From NCBI GenBank assembly GCA_038874595.1, contig JAVZCB010000001.1:64001-128000 (forward strand): a stretch of 64,000 nt of DNA, read 5' to 3'. A program made the position numbers and the translations under genes. Numbering within the stretch: position 1 is the stretch's first letter; each line of letters opens with the position of its first letter. Below are positions 41,116 to 48,726 of this stretch, one piece after another. The DNA comes from Candidatus Micrarchaeia archaeon (GTDB taxonomy: Archaea > Micrarchaeota > Micrarchaeia > CAILAH01). The notes under the pieces were generated by a model that ran no database searches, had not been told where the DNA came from, and was given only the letters and a program-made list of their open reading frames with translations.

Positions 41116-41351
41116 ATGAAGATGAGACTATATTTATGTGGTTTTTATATCTGCTCTCAGAATAGTATTTTATCTATGTATATAGTACGCCTTTTCTAAT
41201 AAATAAGGTTGAGAAGGAGATACTTGTTTTCTTAATAACTGCTTTTTATAGTATTTTATTGCAACATTATTGTAACAGTTTATGAAAGTAGAAATTAATT
41301 AAGGCTGTAGATATTTGTATTTAATATATTTTCCAGTGATTTATTCTTGGT

Positions 41352-42338
41352 GTGATAATGGATTTTTTTGAAGGAGTTCTTGTTATTATAAGTGCATTAA
41401 TATTTGCTGCGTTTTCGGCAGCTGTTGGTTATTATTATGGGGTGCAAACAGAACGCAAACGTAAAGAATATGAGTCAAATTCAGCATTAATTCATATCAA
41501 TCAGCAGTTAGCTGAGATTAAGATTAAGTTTGAAGAGATTGAGAAAGCCCGTAAAGATCGTGAGAAATTAGTGTCTGATATGAATGCAGAACGCATTGAA
41601 TTTATGGATATCCTTAGAAAGGACGCAAGTAAAAAGGAAGAAGATAGACTTAAACAAGTTCAAGAAATTATAGATAATATGGGTAAAATAGAAAGAATTC
41701 TTGTTGGTACTTATTCAAGAGGTAAGTCGGGTGAAGAACTTTTGAAAGAATCACTAAAAGATTTCATAAAAATACGCCTGGTAGAATGTAATGTATCCGT
41801 TGGCAATAATCTTACTGTCGAATATGGCTGGAAACTTAATGATGGTAAGTATATCCCTATAGATTCCAAATATCCAGATATATTTGGTCAAATTAGGAAA
41901 TTAGATGAAACCAACGATGCGAACGCTCGTAAAAAACTTAAGGAAATGATTAAGCGAACTTTAGAAAGAAATATAGATGATATCACAAAATATCAGAATC
42001 AAACAAAAACTACAGATTACTGTATTCTTTCAGTTCCAGATTCAATAATTGAGCTTTTACCAGAAATATGTCATTATGGTTTATCAAAAAGAGTTTTTGT
42101 CGTAGGATACTCAAATACAGCTATAATTGCGTTCCTTATCGCACAACAGTATAATAAAAGTTTGGAAGAACGTGATGTAAAGGAATTAAGCCAGATTATC
42201 GAGAGTCTCTCTATGATATTGGATAAGATTTCTGAGAACGTTAGTACTATCGAACGTGGGATTAAAATGGTCAAAAATGCCAGTGAAGATATTCAAGCTG
42301 AGGTGGTAAAGGGCAAACAAAAGATTAAGTTGTATTAA
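41352..42338 (+). CDS. rmuC: RmuC-family protein (TM + coiled coil + PD-(D/E)xK nuclease fold)
   Basis: N-terminal TM, RGKSGEELL, IPIDSKYP, I.KY...TTDYCILSVP. Confidence 0.8.
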   Translation: MIMDFFEGVLVIISALIFAAFSAAVGYYYGVQTERKRKEYESNSALIHINQQLAEIKIKFEEIEKARKDREKLVSDMNAERIEFMDILRKDASKKEEDRLKQVQEIIDNMGKIERILVGTYSRGKSGEELLKESLKDFIKIRLVECNVSVGNNLTVEYGWKLNDGKYIPIDSKYPDIFGQIRKLDETNDANARKKLKEMIKRTLERNIDDITKYQNQTKTTDYCILSVPDSIIELLPEICHYGLSKRVFVVGYSNTAIIAFLIAQQYNKSLEERDVKELSQIIESLSMILDKISENVSTIERGIKMVKNASEDIQAEVVKGKQKIKLY

Positions 42339-42444
42339 TGTTTTGGTTATTGAAAACTCTATACTTAAACTGGCTATTTCGGAAACCGAAAACTTATTAT
42401 TTAGTTAATCTCTAAGTAAATTCATCTCTAAATGGGAGGATGAT

Positions 42445-42957
42445 TTGTTGGGTCCTGGTGTGAGGTTAAGTATACTTCAAAAGAAGTCCGGAGAATGGTT
42501 TGATATGGAATCACATAGTGAAATAAGAGGTAATATTGTTGCAGTAAACGTCAGCGATTCCTGTTCAGGTGATTGGACTTTAAACTTAAAAATTTCTGAA
42601 GATTTGAGAAAATGTGAAGTTGCGGCTGTAACTTCTTCAGGAACAACAATTCTTCATGACCAAGTCAAGCATAAAACGATGGTTTTGAAGGCGAAAGATG
42701 AGAATGAATTTTATAGCCTATTGGGATTGGCATACATACAAGAAGATCGCCTTAGGATGAAAAGAGTGAGTTCTAGGACTAAAGTTCCGGTAGAAATATC
42801 TAATCGATTTGAGCTTGTGACAATGAGTAGCCTGGGCAAATTCGGACCAATGCGCGACAAGATTGCAGCAATAGTAAATAAAGAAGATTATGAGAGAATC
42901 GCATTGTTATTTTATTTACAGAAAATTGCCCCAATTTTGGACAAATTTAAAATTTAG
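42445..42957 (+). CDS. Hypothetical protein
   Basis: 170-aa ORF, TTG start after SD gggagg. Confidence 0.55.
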   Translation: MLGPGVRLSILQKKSGEWFDMESHSEIRGNIVAVNVSDSCSGDWTLNLKISEDLRKCEVAAVTSSGTTILHDQVKHKTMVLKAKDENEFYSLLGLAYIQEDRLRMKRVSSRTKVPVEISNRFELVTMSSLGKFGPMRDKIAAIVNKEDYERIALLFYLQKIAPILDKFKI

Positions 42958-42970
42958 AGGAGGTGAAATA

Positions 42971-43045
42971 ATGGCACGAAGAGTATCTTTCACAAGAAGC
43001 AATGGGAGCAGAGTTTGCTTCTATTCCACACGTAAGAGGCCTTGA
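42971..43045 (+). CDS. Putative 24-aa basic microprotein
   Basis: MARRVSFTRSNGSRVCFYSTRKRP* after a strong SD ggaggtga; not in ORF track. Confidence 0.45.
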   Translation: MARRVSFTRSNGSRVCFYSTRKRP

Positions 43046-43090
43046 ACTGAGAAGAACGTCTTAATAATGGAACCTAGCAATTGTCACATA

Positions 43091-43840
43091 TTATTTCTTT
43101 TGGTTTTGGAAAAACATTTTATTAAGAAAAGGTGATAGTAAGACTGGATCAAAAACTCTTTTCATTATGACTCTTGAATCAAGTTTTGTTTTCTTAGATG
43201 CAATCTCCATTATTGAAAAAATTTTTAAAAGGGTATCCAACCCCTCTTTTTCACAAAGGCTTTTAGCTTTGTTTAAAATTACAATATGTTGTTCTTTTGG
43301 TAAGTCAAACCTTAGTAGGTCAAACATTGAAATCTTAAGTGTTTCAAAATCTTTATTATTGAATTTTTCTCTAAATTTGTAAACTTCGTCATCTTTTAAT
43401 TTATTTACATAAGTATAAATTTTGTTTGAAAGTTGATTTGATTCGATTTTTCTTATCTTCGATTTCTTTGATAAAATTATTTTAGGTATTTGATTGTTAA
43501 GTATAGCGTATTTTAATTGATTTTTTTCATTTGCATTAAGTTTTTTGGAGTTTGGTGCAAGATAAGATAGTACAGGCAGTAATTTTGAAATAGGTAGTCT
43601 AATTTTTGAAATATCCTCTTTTGTGAATGCACTTCTTAACCAATAACCTCTAAGAAGTAGCGCTCTACTCACATAAATTTTTTTATTTTGAATATTCCAA
43701 TACGTTTTTTGTGAAACCATTTTATGCTCAACTAAGAAATCCCCCAGTATCCATAATTTTTGTATTTTTTTATGAGGATCAATCTCTCTTTTGTATTCAC
43801 TAGTCATTTTTTGAAGGGTAATTAAGATATAATCATTCAT
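43091..43840 (-). CDS. Basic hypothetical protein, third gene of the GHKL operon
   Basis: Start MNDYIL overlaps the GHKL ATPase stop (ATGAATGA); Lys-rich, helical. Confidence 0.65.
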   Translation of the reverse strand: MNDYILITLQKMTSEYKREIDPHKKIQKLWILGDFLVEHKMVSQKTYWNIQNKKIYVSRALLLRGYWLRSAFTKEDISKIRLPISKLLPVLSYLAPNSKKLNANEKNQLKYAILNNQIPKIILSKKSKIRKIESNQLSNKIYTYVNKLKDDEVYKFREKFNNKDFETLKISMFDLLRFDLPKEQHIVILNKAKSLCEKEGLDTLLKIFSIMEIASKKTKLDSRVIMKRVFDPVLLSPFLNKMFFQNQKK

Positions 43841-45626
43841 CTTCTTCAACCTCTGCAACTTTCTTTTTAATTTCTTCACGTTTGTCCCAGAGCATTTTCT
43901 CAACTTTTGCAATTGTTTCAACTATCTTAACGTTTTTGTCCTTGCTATCTACTTCAATACCTTTCCTCTTGTAATATAGGTCAAGAAACCACGGTGTGGT
44001 AACGAATGCCAAATATGAGATAAATCTTTTTGTTATTTTCTTTTTCTTAGGAGTATTTAATCTCTCTAAATAAAAAGGATGTATTGAATTAATAACAATT
44101 ATTTTATCTCCCCACATATCTGAAGGAGGCATTTTTTCACCAAGTGGGTGAAAATCAAATTGTAAGCCTCGTTGCTTTATTTGTTTGTAATTTATTTTGT
44201 TACCATCATCAGATGAAGGTACTTCCCCCTTACTTTCTCCGATATTTGATCCTATCTGACCAGAGGTAGCATTTTCATTTATTTCACGTGATAAACCAGT
44301 TCTTATTTTACCTGTGCCTTTGTAGTCTTTGTTACCGAGTATAAAACCAGCACCTATGTCAGCGATTCCACTAAGCAAACCTTTGTCTGATTTTATTTCA
44401 CGTGTCCTTGCAAAGATATCGGTATCCATCTCCTTCGAAACATCACTAAAAATATCTGATAGAAGATCCGACAATGATTTTTCGTGTTCTTTTATTTTAT
44501 TTTTGTCAATCTCATCAAATTTTTGTTTTACAACAGCAGTGATTTTTGCAAGTTCTGAATAGATGTAATCACGTTCATCGGAGGGAGTAATATCTGACCT
44601 TGTAATGTCTATTTCAATTTTTTTCGTAATATCAAACCGTCCAATAATTTCTGGTCTTTCCCATACTGTATTGTCAATGTTATTCTCGTTACAATAATCC
44701 TTAAAACTCTCAAGTCTTGGTATCTCCCTTATGGTTGTACCTAATCTGCTGATACGTGGTAAGTATTCTTTAATCACGGGATTTTGATTAAGATATGTCG
44801 GTTCAATAATTTTGAAATAATACGTGGCAATACTTTTGTTGTTTTTGTCTTTAATTTCACCAGAAATGACCTCCCCAGGTATAGTGTTATAATCCAAAGG
44901 AGATATTTTGATTATTTGTGGTTTGCATACACTGCGCTTTTTGGTCCATCTATAAATATATATCTCAACAAGATTGCTACGTATAAACTCTTCGAAATGA
45001 ATTGGGATTGTGGTAATTAATTTTTCAGAGATGTAATCAAAAGAACTCCTTCTCTGTTCCTTTTTTGTAATTCCCTCAACAAATACATCTGTCCCATGAG
45101 TTCTTGTTATCCTATAATATTGGAATGCTCGTAAATCGAAAATGGAACCGAATACAGGCATCTGAACTTTCTCTTTTTCTTCATTTAGGTTCCCATAAAT
45201 TTCATTTCTTTCAAAGGATAGTAAATTTGTCTTTGGAGATTCATCTATACTTGTTGAATAAATTTTGATTGTGTCAAACCACCCTCTGAAAGATTGAATA
45301 CCATATCCAAATTGACCAGGTGTCCAAGCGTAAGCTTTTTTCTTTGAATTGAAAGTTTTTGTAGGTAATTCGCTAAGTTCTTTTCTGGTCATCCCAGCAC
45401 AATTATCTTGTATGATAAATCTCTTCCTTGTGGTATCAATATGAACAAGAATTTTTCTTGGCAATATTTCTTTACCGTATTTTTTTTCCAGCTCAATCGC
45501 ACTATCAATGGAGTTCTGTATATATTCATAAAGAACTGCTTCAGGTTGGTGGTACAGTGCAGCGATTCTTTGAATGATCTCCATTATTTGTTCATCTTTT
45601 GGATTATCTAGAATTCTTAACTTCAT
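43833..45626 (-). CDS. GHKL (MORC/Hsp90-like) ATPase
   Basis: EYIQNSID, DNCAGM, GQFGYG, HGT (GHKL motifs I-IV), S5-like region, C-terminal IVINSIHPFY; alternative start 45656. Confidence 0.85.
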   Translation of the reverse strand: MKLRILDNPKDEQIMEIIQRIAALYHQPEAVLYEYIQNSIDSAIELEKKYGKEILPRKILVHIDTTRKRFIIQDNCAGMTRKELSELPTKTFNSKKKAYAWTPGQFGYGIQSFRGWFDTIKIYSTSIDESPKTNLLSFERNEIYGNLNEEKEKVQMPVFGSIFDLRAFQYYRITRTHGTDVFVEGITKKEQRRSSFDYISEKLITTIPIHFEEFIRSNLVEIYIYRWTKKRSVCKPQIIKISPLDYNTIPGEVISGEIKDKNNKSIATYYFKIIEPTYLNQNPVIKEYLPRISRLGTTIREIPRLESFKDYCNENNIDNTVWERPEIIGRFDITKKIEIDITRSDITPSDERDYIYSELAKITAVVKQKFDEIDKNKIKEHEKSLSDLLSDIFSDVSKEMDTDIFARTREIKSDKGLLSGIADIGAGFILGNKDYKGTGKIRTGLSREINENATSGQIGSNIGESKGEVPSSDDGNKINYKQIKQRGLQFDFHPLGEKMPPSDMWGDKIIVINSIHPFYLERLNTPKKKKITKRFISYLAFVTTPWFLDLYYKRKGIEVDSKDKNVKIVETIAKVEKMLWDKREEIKKKVAEVEEDE

Positions 45627-45636
45627 ATTTTCGGCC

Positions 45637-45870
45637 TCATAAATTAAATTGTTCAAGTGTGGATTTTTTGAAAAGTGATTTTACACGTTTTGTTTCCTTT
45701 TCAATTGCAGTAAATATTACATTCACTTCTTCATCAGAATACTCATAAGTAGAGATATTTGAACAATTTTCTAATAATTTGAGAGTATATAAAGTTTTCC
45801 TAGTTCTAGCCTCAGTGATACGTCTGAATTTCTCATTTTTTGTCTCTCCCGCAACAGATATTTTTACCAT
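45637..45870 (-). CDS. Small helical protein of a family I recall next to R-M/defence loci
   Basis: ETKNEKFRRITEART..TL..L.LL.NCSN...YEYS.EEV..IF..IE.E pattern; first gene of the GHKL operon. Confidence 0.65.
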   Translation of the reverse strand: MVKISVAGETKNEKFRRITEARTRKTLYTLKLLENCSNISTYEYSDEEVNVIFTAIEKETKRVKSLFKKSTLEQFNL

Positions 45871-46194
45871 ATAATCATCTAATACTATTAGTATTGATAA
45901 AAGCAAATATAAAAACTTTTTCATTTTATGTTGTATATATTGCGGCTCTTAAATATCCAAGCGTTCCGTTGTATGAGGCATCTAAATTTTCATACCCGCT
46001 CTTAAGTTATGATTGGAGGTGGTCAAGGTGATGCAAAAATACATATCTATCTTAAATTTTAGGCTCAGATGATTATCTTTAATCTCTGGACATTCTATTG
46101 TAAGTAATAATTTCAATGATAAGATATCTCCGACTATTGAAAAAGAGTGATCTTTACTCAGCTTCATTAAGTTATTTTTATTCTTTATTTATAC

Positions 46195-46278
46195 CTACTA
46201 CTGGAAGAACCACTGCTTTACTGCTTCTGTTGTGATGCAATAGAAAAACAAAATTTCGAATACGATGGCGATGCCAAG
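46195..46278 (-). repeat. Diverged copy of the P-type ATPase 3' end
   Basis: 46201..46278 aligns ungapped to 48757..48834 (63/78 identical by hand count); reads LGIAIVFEILFFYCITTEAVKQWFFQ** versus LDIAIVFGIVFLYCITTEIVKQWFFQ. Confidence 0.85.
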
Positions 46279-46318
46279 ACATATTTTGGTGTATCTTTTC
46301 CCTTACGGCAAATGTAAG

Positions 46319-46522
46319 AAATGCGAGAAGTGCGGCGGCAAGCTTCTCTTAACAATCAACAAGGGCGGGATTGAGAAATACATCAAGCTGGCCAAATACC
46401 TGATTACAAAATATGGACTTCCAGAATATACGATGCAAAGGTTAGAGAGAGTTGAGAAGGAAATCTCATCGATATTTGAGGATGAAAAAAAGAAGCAGTC
46501 CTCACTGGCACAGTTCCTCTAA
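46319..46522 (+). repeat. Duplicated 3' end of DP2 (last 67 codons + stop)
   Basis: Aligns ungapped to 40912..41115; 177/204 nt identical by hand count, one amino-acid change (D->G). Confidence 0.95.
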
Positions 46523-46567
46523 TACTATTTTAAGCTTAGAGTACCTAATTATAGATGAGCTGATTTT

Positions 46568-47134
46568 ATGGGAAAAAGGAGTGGAAAGAAGGGTAATGAA
46601 TACTCTGATGCCGTATTCGTGGGTGTCGGAGGCTGCGGGATCAATACGGTCTCAAGGCTGTCAGAGCTGGGAATAACCGGCTCAAAGTTCGTACTTGTGA
46701 ATAAGAAGGGCGATAACCATCCCTCATCAGTGAAGGGCGCGTCCGAATTGATCGTTGACATGCCGTTATCAACGCGCATGCCGCTCCCAGACAAGGAACT
46801 TGGCGCTTTCAAGAGCCAGCTCTCCGAGGAGCTCAAAGGCGCCGGGAAGGCATACATATTCGCAGGGCTTGGCGGCTCAACAGGTACCTCCCTTGCGCCG
46901 ATTGCCGCGCAAACAGCCAGGGAAATGGGCGTGGAGCCGGTCATAATAGTCACTCTTCCGTTTGAGGTTGAGAGGAATAGGTGTGAGATTGCCAGGAATA
47001 CGCTCCCCGCGCTCAGGGATATCCCCGGCCAGCTAATAGTCCGCGACAACAACGATTTGGTGAAGGAGTGTCCTAACCTATCGATGAAAGAGGCATTCAA
47101 GAAATTCGATGAGAAGCTCATAGGACAGCTCTGA
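46568..47134 (+). CDS. FtsZ/tubulin-like GTPase, N-terminal domain only
   Basis: VGVGGCGIN, AGLGGSTGT, VTLPFEVE, DNNDL, AF...DE; ends after 188 aa. Confidence 0.8.
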   Translation: MGKRSGKKGNEYSDAVFVGVGGCGINTVSRLSELGITGSKFVLVNKKGDNHPSSVKGASELIVDMPLSTRMPLPDKELGAFKSQLSEELKGAGKAYIFAGLGGSTGTSLAPIAAQTAREMGVEPVIIVTLPFEVERNRCEIARNTLPALRDIPGQLIVRDNNDLVKECPNLSMKEAFKKFDEKLIGQL

Positions 47135-47281
47135 TTAATTTCCTTTTATTTTAGGGTTTCTATGATATTTGTTTATGCAGTTATGTGTGGCACAAAAGAC
47201 AGACAATTAAGTAATCTTAAAATCCAAGGTAAGGCGTTTTGTAATATTTTATATATTTATATCTTCACTAATGATAGGATC

Positions 47282-47893
47282 ATGGATAAAAAAACTGTCT
47301 TTGAAATTGTTAAAAAATTACAATTTGACACTAAAAAAATTATTTACAAAAAAGGTAATACCTCTGTATATATTATAAGACCATCTAAATTATCTAAGCG
47401 ATTTAATGAGTATGATGTGCATAAGAATTTCCAGATATTCCTTAGGATTGGTGAACGTGAATTTAGGCCAAATCATCTTAGGGTGATGATTGATCTTAAC
47501 CTAAGGATTCGCAGCCGCCCTGAACTGAAGAAAAAGCTACTCCTAGCGTTTGACAATATATTCTATGGAGCAGATCCAGAAAAGGAACTGAAAGCTCTGT
47601 CCCGACAGAAGTTTGAGCATTTTCTAAATGATTTGATAGTTATTGGTACACTTGCCCAATTATTTGTGATTGAGCAGGAATATTGTTATCACAGAAAAAG
47701 TAATTTTGATCCACCAACTCTCTTTTTTCAGGGCTGGGTTAGGGAATTTCTAGATAATCCTAAGGAAATAGATAATTTGTGCATGAGCGTTTGTAAAGGC
47801 CTACCTCCATTACAAAAATATGTATCTCGTGAAAATAAGAAAAGCAAAAACTATTCAAAGAAACTTAAGCCCCTTTGGTATCTTAAATCTTAA
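47282..47893 (+). CDS. Putative type II restriction endonuclease
   Basis: Basic AT-rich ORF convergent with, and overlapping by 4 nt, a DNA methyltransferase; no catalytic motif recognised. Confidence 0.5.
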   Translation: MDKKTVFEIVKKLQFDTKKIIYKKGNTSVYIIRPSKLSKRFNEYDVHKNFQIFLRIGEREFRPNHLRVMIDLNLRIRSRPELKKKLLLAFDNIFYGADPEKELKALSRQKFEHFLNDLIVIGTLAQLFVIEQEYCYHRKSNFDPPTLFFQGWVREFLDNPKEIDNLCMSVCKGLPPLQKYVSRENKKSKNYSKKLKPLWYLKS

Positions 47894-48663
47894 TTCTCGG
47901 ACCATGCTTCAACAAGTTGCTTCTGAACTGCACCTAGGCGTTTTTTGGCAATTTCAATGTATTTTTCTTCTTTGTCTATACCTATTGAATTCCTATTAAG
48001 CATCTTTGCCGCTACCGATGTTGTTCCTGAGCCAACAAATGGATCTAGGACAGTATCACCTTCATTTGAAGTTGCAAGTATGATCCTCTTCAATAACTCT
48101 AGGGGTTTTTGGGTTGGATGAATACCATATTTTTTTTCACTCTTTGGTGTTAAAGGTATTTCCCACACATTACGCATTTGCTTGCCTTTATTTATAGATT
48201 TCATCAGTTCATAATTAAATACCCATTTCTTGTTGCTATGATTCTTTGTTGCCCAGATAAGATGTTCTGTGGATTCAGTAAACATGCGACACGTTATGTT
48301 TGGCTGGGCATTTGGCTTGAACCATACGATTGAATTGTTAATCTTTGCCTCATATATATGCTGAAGGATAAAACCAATCTGATAAATGTTATGGAACGAG
48401 CCACATACCCAAAAGCTCCCACCATGCTTCAAAACTCTCATACATTCCTTTATCCACTTCTGATTGAACTTAAAGAATTCGTCTTTCTCAAATATGTCCC
48501 ATTCTTCTGTAAGCGTTATGTGTTTGCTATATGCCCATCCCAGACCCTTCTTTTTCGCTAATCCATAAGGCGGGTCAGCAAATATCAGGTCAACTGATTC
48601 ATCAGGCATTTTCTTTAGCTCCTCAATTGCATCACCAATAATCAGCTGGTGAGTGGTCTTCAT
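47890..48663 (-). CDS. Site-specific DNA methyltransferase, beta class (N6-A/N4-C)
   Basis: ADPPY, HPTQKP, VLDPFVGSGTT in beta motif order. Confidence 0.93.
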   Translation of the reverse strand: MKTTHQLIIGDAIEELKKMPDESVDLIFADPPYGLAKKKGLGWAYSKHITLTEEWDIFEKDEFFKFNQKWIKECMRVLKHGGSFWVCGSFHNIYQIGFILQHIYEAKINNSIVWFKPNAQPNITCRMFTESTEHLIWATKNHSNKKWVFNYELMKSINKGKQMRNVWEIPLTPKSEKKYGIHPTQKPLELLKRIILATSNEGDTVLDPFVGSGTTSVAAKMLNRNSIGIDKEEKYIEIAKKRLGAVQKQLVEAWSEN

Positions 48664-48726
48664 AAATTCATTTCACGTAGATTGTTTAAAAACATTATTA
48701 CAGAGATATTCCAGTTATTTTAAATA

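Larger units (their letters stand above)
41116..46318. mobile_element. AT-rich accessory island (cargo A) between DP2 and the duplicated DP2 3' end
   Basis: Sharp drop in GC after the DP2 stop; bounded on the right by duplicated 3' ends of both flanking core genes; no integrase seen. Confidence 0.75.

Noticed and set aside
46265-46522. 85-aa ORF as an independent gene
   Set aside because: It is the duplicated DP2 tail; its apparent start lies on the antisense strand of the ATPase fragment.
41116-48726. Provirus or plasmid
   Set aside because: No capsid, packaging ATPase, replication initiator or integrase gene was recognised.
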